Source: an uncultured Solirubrobacterales bacterium | GTDB taxonomy: Bacteria > Actinomycetota > Thermoleophilia > Solirubrobacterales > Solirubrobacteraceae | Length of the DNA stretch: 64,000 nucleotides | Direction of reading: 5' to 3' | Assembly (NCBI GenBank): GCA_963830465.1 | Contig: CAWHME010000001.1 | Location: 127,515 to 191,514 of the forward strand | The notes under the pieces: model-generated | What the model saw: the letters and a program-made list of their open reading frames with translations, nothing else | Told to the model about the DNA's origin: nothing | Databases searched by the model: none | Position numbers and translations under genes: made by a program | Shown here: positions 53,862 to 64,000 of the stretch, one piece after another | Numbering within the stretch: position 1 is the stretch's first letter | Layout: each line of letters begins with the position of its first letter

Positions 53862-54482
53862 TTAGGTGCGAGGCCGATCGGAGATGGCGGCGGCCTTGGC
53901 ATAGGCGGGGCGTGACTCGCTGCGTCGCACGTAGGCCTCGAGGCCGGGCCAAGGTCGTAGCATCTCCCGCGCGTTGGCTCCCTGGAGCACGCTCGCGCAC
54001 ATCACGTCGGCAACGGTGAACTGAGCGTCGAGCAGCCAGTCGCGGGCGTCAAGCGCGGATTCCATCGCGACTGCAGCTTGCATGAAGCGATCCCGCGCCA
54101 GGGACTCCGTCGTGCCTTCCCCAAGCTCGCGGATCCACCGAAACAGCGGTGCTTCGAGCTCGGCCACCGCAAACACGACCCACTGGTAGACAAGCGCCCG
54201 CTCGCTCGATCCCAGCGGCGGGATCAGCCCAGCAGCCGGATTCAGATCGGCAAGGTGAAGACAGATCGCTGCCGACTCGAACATGGTGGTGCCATCGCCG
54301 AGCTCAAGCGCCGGGACGCGCCCCAGGGGATGGCGGCGCAGATGCTCGGCAGATCGGCGCTGGGCGCCCGCGACCTCGGTCAGCTCGTACGGCTCACCGA
54401 TCTCCTCTAACAGCCACAGAACCCGGCTGGAGCGAGTCCGCGACATGTAGTACAACCGCGGAGGAAGCGTGGGCCCGATCAT
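53862..54482 (-). CDS. Glutathione S-transferase
   Basis: SRVLWLLEEIGEPYEL...HPLGRVPALELGDGTTMFESAAICLHLAD N-terminal GST fold plus a helical C-domain. Confidence 0.85.
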   Translation of the reverse strand: MIGPTLPPRLYYMSRTRSSRVLWLLEEIGEPYELTEVAGAQRRSAEHLRRHPLGRVPALELGDGTTMFESAAICLHLADLNPAAGLIPPLGSSERALVYQWVVFAVAELEAPLFRWIRELGEGTTESLARDRFMQAAVAMESALDARDWLLDAQFTVADVMCASVLQGANAREMLRPWPGLEAYVRRSESRPAYAKAAAISDRPRT

Positions 54483-54696
54483 CGCTCACACCCTACTCGG
54501 GCGACAGACGGTCCGGCTCCATGGATAGCCGATCGCTCCAGAGCGCAGGAGGCTATTGCCGACGCACCTCCCGTGCCCGTCCGCCGCGCGTTCGGCAATC
54601 GAGATGGAGAGCGGCACCAGCTCCAGGGCACCGGGGTTCGCGACCACGACCACAGGCGCTTCGGGGAGAGCTCGCCGCGTCGGCGACGCTGGAGCG

Positions 54697-55038
54697 CTAT
54701 GAGCCCGACGCGAGAGCGAGGCCGAACGGGCTCCCTTCGGAGTCACGACAGATCGCCCACCGCGACCCGGGGTGGATCACGCTTCCCCCCAGCCCCCTGA
54801 CCTGCTCCAGCGCCGCCTGCATATCAGGGACGGTGAAGTACGGCAGCGAGGCGGTGTCGCCCGGACCTACACCACGTTCGTGAATGCCGAGCGCAGGACG
54901 CCCGCTCTGGGTCTGCCAGCCGCGACCTTCGGCCTCGTTGCGCTCGGGGAGCTCGATGCCGAGCAGGCCCGACCAGAATCGAAGCGCGCGATCAGGGTCA
55001 TCAGCCGGGAACTCGATTAGGCCGAACGAGCCGTCCAT
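54697..55038 (-). CDS. VOC (glyoxalase/bleomycin-resistance) family protein
   Basis: IEFPADDPDRALRFWSGLLGIEL...YFTVPDMQAALEQVRGLGGSV pattern. Confidence 0.8.
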   Translation of the reverse strand: MDGSFGLIEFPADDPDRALRFWSGLLGIELPERNEAEGRGWQTQSGRPALGIHERGVGPGDTASLPYFTVPDMQAALEQVRGLGGSVIHPGSRWAICRDSEGSPFGLALASGS

Positions 55039-56072
55039 ATCGCAGACGATAACGGCGTGGCCCGCCGTGGCGATGCGTGCGCTGGCGTGAACTTGAGGTC
55101 GCCTCGGGACGAGTGGAACGTCGTCGCCAAGGCACTCGTGAGGTCTGCGACGGCGAAAGCACGGATGCGATCGTGCGAGCGGTACGAGCGCAGCTCTCGC
55201 GCCGGGCCGAAGCGCGGGCCCCCTGTTTCCCGAGGCGGACTCCTCCCCGAAGGCAAATGCGGTTGCCCAGGATCCTCGACCAATGGCTCCATCACGCCTG
55301 ACCCGGTCACGCTCGCGTCCGCGACTGCTTTGCTCGACGGCAGCTGCGCCGCTGGCCGCTGTCGCGCAGGTGCCTGTGGGCGAAGGCAGCAGTCACAACT
55401 GTTCAGGCCGAGATCGGGCTATGAGCACGCCCTCGGCCGACAGTGTTGCTCGCTCGGACGCAGCAGCGCCGGTCCCTGGACCGGCATCACTGCCGCGTTC
55501 GCAGGCGAAGGAGCGGCCACGACCGGCACTCGCCGCGCCGTCGCTATCGCGTGACAATGGCGACCAGCGGCGAGCGGTGATCGTCTCGTGTTGATCAAAA
55601 CCCACGATGTGCTCCTGGTTCTGGCGGGGCCACGAGCAGTACCGCCGTGTGGGCATCGGCAGTAGTCTTGCTTGTCGTCACCGGACTGATACAAGGGGCC
55701 ATTCGCTTTTTCCATTCCGACTAGCTCGCGGGTCGAAAAGCGGCGCGTGATTCCCAGTACGAGTTGCGGGAGGAGCTTCCCACCCGCATCGCAGCATTCG
55801 ACGGGCGGCTTCACCGGGACCCTGGCGACGCTCTTCTTTGCGGTCTTCGCGTTCGGCGGAATCGTCCCCGTCCCCCTCATCGGACTGGTCGTCGTTGTTG
55901 CCGGCGCGTCCGTCCTGCGTCGCGGTGTTCGACTGGCGTCGAGACGGCACGCCCGTGAGCGCCTCGGGTTCTGAACTACTACCTACCCCGTTGTGTTTGG
56001 AAGCCGGCCGGTGAGCCGGAGTACGCTCAGATGAGTGAGCCACGCCCATTACGAAGCCGCTAGGAGGTTTCG

Positions 56073-56885
56073 ATGCCCGGAATGAGGGGACGGCTTTCGA
56101 CTGTGGTCAAGTCGAAGATCTCAAAGCAGCTTGACCGCGCCGAGAACCCGAGCGAGACGCTCGACTACGCGTATCAGCGCCAGGTCGAGAACCTCCAGAA
56201 CGTCAAGCAGGGGATCGCCGACATCGTCACCGCCAAGAAGCGGCTGGCGCTCCAGCAGCAGCAGCTCGGTGAACAGGGCGCCAAGCTCGACGCTCAGGCC
56301 CGTGAGGCGATGTCCGCGGGACGTGAGGATCTTGCTCGCGCAGCGCTGGAGCGCAAGCAGCTGACCGTTCAAGAGGCTGGCTCGCTCGACCAACAGATCG
56401 CACAGCTCGAGTCAGAGCAGGAGAAGCTGATCGAGTCCGAGAAGCAGCTCGAGGCGAAGACAGAGCAGTTCCGCTCAAAGAAGGAAGTCATCAAGGCCCA
56501 GTACTCGGCTGCCGAGGCGCAGGTGCAGGTTTCCGAGGCGGCCACGGGAGTCGGTGACTCGATGGCGGATGTCGGCATGGCGACGCAGCGCGCCCTCGAC
56601 AAGACCGAGACGATGAAGGCTCGCGCGGAGGCCGTCGATGAGCTTCAGGCGGCGGGAACCTTTGAGGATCTGACAGCGCTCGGTCCCGGCCAGGACAACG
56701 TCGATCGCCAGCTCGACCAGCTCGGCGCCAAGAGCGCTGTCGACGACGAGTTCGCCCGCCTCAAGGCGGAGGTCCAGTCGGGCGCTCCGCAGTCCGCGCT
56801 CCCTGCCGACGACACCGGCATGGCTGACCACGCAGAGGCACATCAGCGGGCTGCTCGCGACGGCGAGGCCCCCCCTCCCGGTTAG
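56073..56885 (+). CDS. pspA: PspA/IM30 family protein
   Basis: AGGAGG RBS. LDRAENPSETLDYAYQRQVENLQNVKQGIADIVTAKKRL... is a canonical PspA coiled coil. Confidence 0.9.
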   Translation: MPGMRGRLSTVVKSKISKQLDRAENPSETLDYAYQRQVENLQNVKQGIADIVTAKKRLALQQQQLGEQGAKLDAQAREAMSAGREDLARAALERKQLTVQEAGSLDQQIAQLESEQEKLIESEKQLEAKTEQFRSKKEVIKAQYSAAEAQVQVSEAATGVGDSMADVGMATQRALDKTETMKARAEAVDELQAAGTFEDLTALGPGQDNVDRQLDQLGAKSAVDDEFARLKAEVQSGAPQSALPADDTGMADHAEAHQRAARDGEAPPPG

Positions 56886-57805
56886 TTCTCCGGACCCCCT
56901 GATCGCCGGCTTTGCACGTTGTGATCACCGCGGTACGGTCGCTTGACCGGTTTCAATCGAAGGGGCGCCCGTGTCGGAAGGGATCAGCAGCACCGCGAGG
57001 GTGAGGCGCGGCTCGACGACTTGGCGCGGTTACCTGACGAGTGGGAAGCTCTCAGGTCGGTCGCTGATCCGCCACGCGGGGGGACTCGCGGCGGCGCGTC
57101 GCTTTCCTCGCTACGGCTCGTTACGGCTAGCTGCTCCATTCGCCCAGCAGCGACGATGTCCCGCTCGCCGCCTCGCTCGCTCGTGGACCAAAGCAGCGAC
57201 GAGGCCGACGCCTGCGCGCGGCCATCGCGTTGGTGAATTCGGACAGATTGGGTCACGCCACCGCGTCGTCGGGGCGCGGCTGCTCCGGGTCAAGGCGGTC
57301 GTCGGCTGGCCGGCCGAGCTGACGATCGCGGTCGAGGCCAAGCGCGCATCCGGCATCGGCACCGGCCGACGAGTCCTCCGTCGCCCAAACCCATCCCGCG
57401 GTCGGGCCCGCGCTGGCGAGTCCTTTCGTGGCTGAAGCACTCGCGAAGTGCCCGCGACCGGCGCGATCGAGGCGTCGCCAAACCGGTCGCCCGACGGCGG
57501 CCACGGGAGGACGAATGCGATCCGGGTGTTGACTTTGGTTATCCGCGCGGGCGACGGTCCGCGTAGGGTCGAAGGCTGAACCGAGGTCTGGCTCCGAATG
57601 CGATTGGCTCCGGCGAGGGTGTCTTGCGGACGAAGTGTCGGCCTCGGTTCTTGGCTTCGAGGATCGGTCTGACCTGATAGGAGCGTTCGCCCCGTGAGGG
57701 CGTCCCACCGGGATGTTGTCGGCCGGTCCGCCAACACCATACCCGCTGGAGGTCAGGTCGATGAGGAGCGCCAAGAAGCGTGGTCCGGGACCGTCGCACT
57801 TGTTG

Positions 57806-58882
57806 ATGACGCCCGATCATGCGGGCAACGTAGTCGGGATCGATCCGCACAAGCGTACGCTGACCGCGACGGTCGCCGATGCGCACGGCGGGATCCTGTG
57901 CTCGGCTCACTTTCGCGTCTCGGGTGAGGGGCATCGCGAGCTGGAGGCGTGGGCGCGGCAGTTTGGGCAGATCGCTCGCTGGGGGATCGAGGGCTCGGCG
58001 AGCTGGGGCCGGCACACGGCGATGTTCTTGACCGGCCGCGGCGATGATGTGCGCGATGTGTGCGCGAATCGCACGCCGCGGTCTGATCGCGCCCGCCAGC
58101 GCGGCAAGTCCGACACGCTCGATAGCGAGCGGATCGCGCGCGAGGTGCTCGCGCACTCGTTGCTGCCCAAGGCGTTCAGGCGCGCCGGCCAGGAGCAAGG
58201 CCCGGACGAGCAGCATCAGCTGCTGGCTTTGTGGAACAACCGGCGTCGGTCGATCCTGACAGGCCGCCAGCACCTGATGGGCGAGGCCGAATATCTACTC
58301 TGCGAGCTGCCGCTTGAGCTGCGCGAGCAGCTGCCCGACACCAAAGCGGTCAAGCCACGGCTTGCGGCGCTCGCGCGCCGCAACCGCCGGCGCCGCTACG
58401 ACGCCCCGACCCGGCTGCGCCTGCAGCTGCTCGACGGCTACCGCACGGAAATCAAGGCGCTCGATGGCCAGGAGCGCCAGGTGCTCGCACAACTCGAGGC
58501 GCTCGTTGACCAGAGCGGCTCGACGCTTGGCGAGCTCTGCGGCCTGAGCACCCGCTCGGTCGCGGAGCTTCTGGTCGAAATCGGCGACCCACGCCGGTTC
58601 ACCGAGGGCGGATTCGCACGCTTCAACGGCTCAGCGCCGCTGCCCGCCTCGACCGCCGAGGGGCCCGGCGAGCCGATCCGCCACCGCTACAACCCCGGCG
58701 GCAACCGGCGCATCAACGCGGTCCTGTACCGGATGGCGATCACCCAGCTGCGCTGCGAGCCACGCGCCCAGCGCATCTACGCTAACGCGCGCGCCCGCGC
58801 GCACACCCAACGCACCGCCAACCGCGCCCACGCCCCACCAACCCCCTGCAGTTCAACCCTTCAATCCAGCCCCGCGCATTGA
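57806..58882 (+). mobile_element. IS110-family transposase gene (DEDD type), C-terminal tail atypical
   Basis: VVGIDPHKRTLTA, WGIEGSASWGRH, KSDTLDSERIAR and FNGSAPLPASTAEG...RHRYNPGGNRRINAVLYRMAI. The last ~30 aa (ARARAHTQRTANRAHAPPTP...) do not look like the family tail. Confidence 0.85.
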
Positions 58883-59544
58883 CAGCAGGTCCGTGCACAG
58901 ATAAGGAGCCTTCGTCCGCGCGATGCGCACGCTCGACACAGCCGAACCCAGGCTGGCGGCATGAGCGGGAGGATGACACCAATCCACCCCCTCGGGCAGC
59001 CGGATATCCGTGGCTGCCTTGGCGCCGACGGTCGGTCACCGACGATGTGTTCGGCGAACGTGCCACCCCGCTGTTGCCCGTGGTGAGTGCCTAATCGATG
59101 GGCCGCTGCCGCACGCGATCGTGGCGCGGTGCGTTACGTCCTGTCACGACGAACGCGGAGCCGAGGTCGTCGCCGGCCTTATCGAAGCAGGGCTACAGGA
59201 ACGTGACGGCGCGGGCAACTGCCAGCTTGTCGACTTCCTCGCACATAGCTGGTCGCGCGGCATGGTGGAGGCCGACAAGGAACGTGAGCGGAAGCCCGGA
59301 AGCAAGGGCGGTAGGCCGAACGGCCGTGCGCGTGAGGCGCAGACGGAGGGCCCAGCCGAGCCCGAGCGCGACTATCGCGGCGACTTCTAGCACGGTCACC
59401 TAACAGGTGGCTCTAGCGGGTGCCCGGTCCCACTCCCCTCCCGCCAAGGGTAGTTGTCTGAATGCCCGGGCACTTGCTGCCCGGCGGGACACGCAAGGCG
59501 ACGAGAAACGGCCGGACGCCCGAGCGGAGGGGCAGGAGTCTCTG

Positions 59545-59754
59545 CTAGCCCGTGCCGCCCAATTCTTCGTCTGGTGGCGGCGTGGGATCGTCAACCGCCC
59601 ACGCGTTGTCCTGTAGGTCAGGGTGGCGCACGAGCTCAACGTGGCACTGCGGGCAGGTTGAACGCTGGTTACGCGCGTGATGTCGGCCCACCGTGTACTC
59701 CCCTGGAGCGAGAACTCGCTCTCCGCACTGAGGACACCAGAGGAGTGCCTGCAT
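59545..59754 (-). CDS. Small zinc-ribbon protein (2 x CPQC)
   Basis: MQALLWCPQCGERV...STCPQCHVELV. No clear RBS. Confidence 0.3.
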   Translation of the reverse strand: MQALLWCPQCGERVLAPGEYTVGRHHARNQRSTCPQCHVELVRHPDLQDNAWAVDDPTPPPDEELGGTG

Positions 59755-60181
59755 CCCTCGGAATGTACTACCGGGACCCCGGTAGAGATCAAGGTCGCTT
59801 TCGGTGGGGGCGACGATCTCTTCGAACTAGGGGCATCAGCGGGGCAGTCGACGGCGCGGGCTGTCGCTGCGGCACAGCTGGCCGGCCGTCGTCGGCGGCA
59901 GGCCGGTCGAGTTCAGAGTGATCGCGATCCGGTCAACACGGCCGCGCCGGTCGAGGGGTGCATCCGCGAAACGGGCGACAAGGTCCAGATCACGGACCCG
60001 ACGCCCGAGCCGCTGAGCACGCTTCGGTTGGCGTTCGAGCGCGTCCGGCGGTGATACCGAAGGGTAACCGCAAGTGGAGCGATGGGTGGCACGGGCAAAG
60101 GCATTGGTGAGCTCGCCGGTCCGGAGCGCGGCGAGCGCGCCGGTCGCCGCTGAGCCTTCGCCTCGCCGGGCGGCGACCGGG

Positions 60182-60981
60182 ATGCGGCGGTTCTGGCGCG
60201 TGATGATGGACGCCAAGGTCACCGGTTCCTCGGCGATGGGCGCCTACAACATGCTGCTGGCCGTGGTCCCCGTCGCGCTGCTGGCGCTGTTCGTCGGCGG
60301 TCAGATCCTGTCCAGCCACTCGGTGCAGCAGAGCGTCCTGCGCGACCTGCGCGGCATCTTTCCCGGGGCCGACGTGCACACGCTCGATTCGCTGCTCGAC
60401 CAGATTCAGAGCTCTACCACCAGCACCGGCGTGCTCGCCTTGCTGGCGAGCCTCTGGCTCGGCTCGTCGTTCTGGGGAGCGCTCGACACCGCGTTCGCCC
60501 ACATCTACCGCTGCAAGTCGCGCCGGTGGCTTGAGCGGAAGCGATTCGCGCTCGGGGATGCTGATCGTGGTGCTGCTGTTCATGATCGCTACATCGCCGT
60601 GCCGACGGTGCCCTCAAAGCCGGCGCCTCGGCGCTGCCATTCGACCTCGGGCGGCTGACAGGCACCGCCTACGCGATCTCGCTGCTCGGCAGTCTCGCGC
60701 GCTGTTCGGCAGCCTGACGCTGATCTACGCGCATAGAGCCCAACCGACCGGTGCGCTGGAGGGCCGTGTGGCCGGGGGCGCTGGGCGCGACGATCGCCAT
60801 CGGCGTGGTCGACTTCGCGTTCCCGCTCTACCTGACGAGCATCTCCACGATCGCACGGTTCGGCACCACGATCGTGTTCATCCTGATCATGCTCGGCTGG
60901 TTCTACGTCGTCGCGTTGGTGATCCTCAGCGGCGCGATCGTCAACGCGATGCGGCTCGGGGTGGACGCCCAACGGGGCTAG
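60182..60981 (+). pseudogene. YihY/BrkB family gene with at least four frameshifts
   Basis: Family blocks are spread over three frames: GAYNMLLAVVPVALLALF...FWGALDTAFAHIY; GMLIVVLLFMIATS; ALKAGASALPFDLGRLTGTAYAISLLGSLA; LFGSLTLIY; WRAVWPGALGATIAIGVVDFAFPLYL...WFYVVALVILSGAIVNA. Confidence 0.7.
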
Positions 60982-61407
60982 ACCGACGAACTCGAGCTCG
61001 CTGATCCTCGGGACCAGAACCAGCGCTCCTGCGTCGATCGCCAGGACTTCTGCCCGCTCCGAGGACCCGGAAGTCGAGGGCGACGCAAACGCAACGCACT
61101 TGAGCTCACCGCCCGAACCGGCGTCATCGCGATTATCGGCGCTGACGGGATAGCGGGTCTCCGCCGTGAGCGTCTCGTTTTCCCTCCACTGCCGGTAGCA
61201 ACTGTCCTTCGAGCTAGGGGGCCAGGGCGATCATGAGACGCGACGCCGGCGCGCCGGGTCGCGACGACTCCCTGGTCGCCCGTCCGATCGCCTGCCCTGT
61301 GGGCGACGATGCGCAGGTCTCCTTGGCCCGCTGGTGGCGGCTCCACTGGTCGAGGTTCGGGTTGTCCTTCCCGGGATCGAGGTCCTGGACGGTTCTCTCG
61401 ATCGCGG

Positions 61408-61824
61408 TCAGCGCTTCGAGCACTCGATTGAGGTTGACTTCCCAGCGCATGGTGCGGTGTCTCGGACCGTCGGCCACGCCCCGACTGCTGCCACGGCCGC
61501 ACGACTTACGCTCCCTCCGCGCGGATCCACGCGAGCGGACCGCCGGGACGGTGAGGGGATGTCCACTAGGTGCGCTGTGGCGGTTAGGGTGTGGGTGAAC
61601 TTTCCACGGGCATATATAAGCGCGGCCAGCGTCTCTCCCTCTGGTGACGCCGAGGTCGACGGCTTCCGCTTGTGGTAGAGATCTAGCGCGTAGCACCACT
61701 CAAGGGCCTCTGCGAGACTCGCAAGCGTCTCGATGACATCGGTGGTCTGTCCGTGCTGTCGCAGCCGCTCTAGAGCCCTGGTGAGGCCGTTCTCGCCGAG
61801 ATCGCGCTCTGAGACGGTGCTCAT
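61408..61824 (-). pseudogene. Hypothetical gene, probably frameshifted after ~80 codons
   Basis: The N-terminal 80 aa are protein-like (LTRALERLRQHGQTTDVIETLASLAEALEWCYALDLYH). The natural-looking continuation WEVNLNRVLEALTAIERTVQDLDPGKDNPNLDQW is in another frame (track ORF 61214..61699). Confidence 0.3.
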
Positions 61825-62326
61825 CCGTGTGCCTTATCGAGGGTCAAGGGGTGCGATGTCTGGTTCGATCCCCGGCCGCGGCAAGGTGGCCGTGATCCAA
61901 CGGATCCGATACCGAGGCGACGGGTCTCCGCGCAACACTTCCTCAACCACACCCAGGCGGGGTCAGCGGTCGATTGACTCGGACTCGGCCACGACGCGTT
62001 TGCCGGCTTTGAAAGCCATGTTCCCCCTCAATCTTTGCGGTGGCGGAGGATAGCCGCCGTGAAGCGATCTGCCACAACAATCGATGCCGGCTGACGGAAG
62101 CCCCTGACAGCACCAGTCACCGGGACAGGCTGCCCATAATGCACGTTCGTGGGCGCGAGACCTCCGAGTGTGCTCGAGCATCGGCTGCGGGGCCGCGCCG
62201 CTTGCTTGCGGGCGCGAGGCGCCCAGCAGACTCTCCGCCGTTCAGAGGCACGCCACCCGCGTCCGGATGCAGATTCGGCAGAGGCATCACGCACGCGGCG
62301 TCAGGGAGCGAGATCACGCCTGTCGG

Positions 62327-62605
62327 TCAGTCCAGCGCGCCCGCGGGGAGCACGAAGCGCTGAGGTGTCGGGGGATCAGTCCCGCTGCTGCCGTGGAGGT
62401 TTGAGCCGTGCAGGCCGCGTCGCGGTGCGGCGCGGCGGGTCGTCTCGGGATTGCCGTGGTGCGCGATGATCCAGTCCACGATCGCTTGCGAGTGGGCGCC
62501 TTCGGCGAAGATCGCCGCGCGTTCGATGACGACGCCGCCAGAGGCGTGGGGACGCGACAATCGAGTCACCAGCGCGTTGATCTCAGCATCGTCCACTCCT
62601 GACAC
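62327..62605 (-). CDS. Hypothetical small protein
   Basis: The first ~55 aa are protein-like (VDDAEINALVTRLSRPHASGGVVIERAAIFAEGAHSQAIVDWIIAHHG). No family recognised. Confidence 0.3.
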   Translation of the reverse strand: MSGVDDAEINALVTRLSRPHASGGVVIERAAIFAEGAHSQAIVDWIIAHHGNPETTRRAAPRRGLHGSNLHGSSGTDPPTPQRFVLPAGALD

Positions 62606-63397
62606 CCTAGTACTTCTGGGGTCTCCGCGTTACGGAGCGACCGTTCGCGGCGCGGTGAGATGCCCGGCCCCGACAACCCGATGCCTCGTTTCTCGCCCCT
62701 GCTCACGCCACCGCGGCGACAGCCGCGCGTGACGAGAATAGGCTGCGGGCGCTGTGTCGCGCTGGTGCGGTTGAGGATGTAGGTGGTCACGATCGAGTCG
62801 CCGAGACCGGCTGCTGGTCGAGCGCTTGTTGAATACGGGGCTGCGTGTGTTGGCGCTGCATCCCCGCCCGTTCGCGGGCGCGGTTCGGGGCTCGGGCGGC
62901 ACTCTGATCGGTTCGACGCGTTCGTGTTGTGCGAGCTCCCGCGCACCGACGGATCACTGCGGCTCTGCCGCGCACGGACCTCGATCAGGACCAGCGCAAC
63001 GTCGCCGTAGCGGTGGCCGGCAATCCCGACGACCGGGGGCGCGAAAGCGATCGCGGGACCGACACGCACAGCGCGATCGCGTTCCGCGCGAACCGGTGGC
63101 CCGATGCTCTACGGAAGACGTCCTGTGTCATCCATGAAGGGCCGGCGGGTGTCAAGGGGCGGTTGGGTTAGGGGCCTCTTGCGGTTGGGTGCCGGTTCGC
63201 GGACTGCGTTGCGGCGTGGGAGGGGGCTCCAGTCATCCATCCGGTCGCGCTGGGCGGATCAGGGTGTCGTGCGGTGCCAGGGGGCTCAATCAAGACCGGC
63301 GGTCGTCCCGTTCACGGGTGAGCAGGAGACCAGACACAGGAGCGAGCTCGCCCTGGCTGGCACCTCACGCCCTGATGAGCGCAAGCTTGTTGGTGAG

Positions 63398-64000
63398 TCA
63401 TGCGGCCTGTTCGAGGTCGTCGTCGGCGGGCTGGTGGGTCAGGCAGCGGATCTCGCCGTCGCGCAGGCCGTAGTAGCAGAGGGTGAGGATCTCGCGGGCG
63501 ATCGCGACCTTGGCGATCTTGCTGCCGCGGCGTTTCGCGATCCGCTCGTATTGGGCTCGCAGCGGTCCACCACCGGTGGGGGTGTGCTGGGCTGCTTCGG
63601 TGAGCGCCCAGCGAAGGATCGTGGAGCCTTGGCGGGAGATGTGTCCGAGGCGGGCTTTGCCGTCGGAGCTGCGGACGGTCGGGGTGAGTCCCGCCCATTG
63701 GCAGAGGTGCTTGGGGGTCGGGAACCGTTTGACCTCGCCGACCTCGGCGATGATCAGCATCGCCGTGTAGCGGCCGATCCCGCGGATCTGGCACAGCAGC
63801 TTGACGCGCTCATCGGCTTTGGCGCGCCGCTCGATCTCGCTGGTGGTGTCGGTGATCTCGGAGTCGAAGTCGCCGATCAGCCTGGTCAAGCTGTCAAGCC
63901 GCCGGCGGGGCCCGTCGGGCAGCTCCACGGTGGCGAGGTACTTGCGGCCGGCGGTGCCGAACAGGTCATAGTGCTCAGGCAGGATCCCTTGGCGAGCCAG
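63398..64000 (-). mobile_element. IS110-family transposase gene, N-terminus beyond the right window edge
   Basis: LLCQIRGIGRYTAMLIIAEVGEVKRFPTPKHLCQWAGLTPTVRSSDGKARLGHISRQGSTILRWALTEAA is the IS110/IS1111-type C-terminal domain. The frame stays open upstream of the track ORF start to position 64000. Confidence 0.85.

Noticed and set aside
56943-57400. NERD-domain nuclease remnant (GEARLDDLARLPDEWEALRSV)
   Set aside because: Only one short motif-like stretch is present. The expected DH...K core is not found at the right spacing in any frame.
59010-59390. 126-aa ORF with a phage/plasmid-like C-terminal motif
   Set aside because: The N-terminal half is not protein-like and the similarity is impressionistic. 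It is mentioned only as part of the degraded segment.

Overview
High-GC, Actinomycetota-like chromosomal window, read by eye from the sequence and the ORF track with no searches run. Positions 1-43.5 kb are densely packed with mostly intact genes. They include a co-directional extracytoplasmic metal/redox cluster (Tat-exported Dyp peroxidase, Tp34/P19-like iron lipoprotein, two unassigned membrane proteins, a Sco plus thioredoxin-fold fusion and its paralog). Other genes are ribokinase, a HugZ-like protein, a serine hydrolase, a PLP Cys/Met enzyme, an NlpC/P60 hydrolase, YihY, MFS, MetE-like and DedA proteins. Three small lipid/acyl-CoA modules follow: FadD + R2lox-like + LLM oxidoreductase, FadD + DpgC-like crotonase, and CFA-synthase-like methyltransferase + desaturase + TetR. 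There is also a GH3 hydrolase. Positions 43.5-64 kb are a decayed accessory/mobile region. It holds a small gene broken by a 31-bp x3 tandem repeat, and an IS1182-family element whose transposase ORF is interrupted in sense orientation by a group II intron and also carries a +1 frameshift. It also holds a LuxR HTH remnant, about 1 kb of repeat-dense non-coding DNA with three unrelated repeat families, and a leaderless TetR + ICMT pair. Further right are a tRNA-Gly(CCC) with a 45-bp direct repeat of its 3' half 1.3 kb away, an abutting tyrosine-recombinase remnant, pspA, two unrelated IS110-family transposases and a multiply frameshifted YihY paralog. I found no single clearly novel system. The best candidates for follow-up are the metal/redox cluster with a non-FTR1 membrane partner, the intron-in-IS nesting, the frame-rotating 31-bp repeat and the repeat-dense non-coding kilobase. 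Start codons and element ends are approximate.
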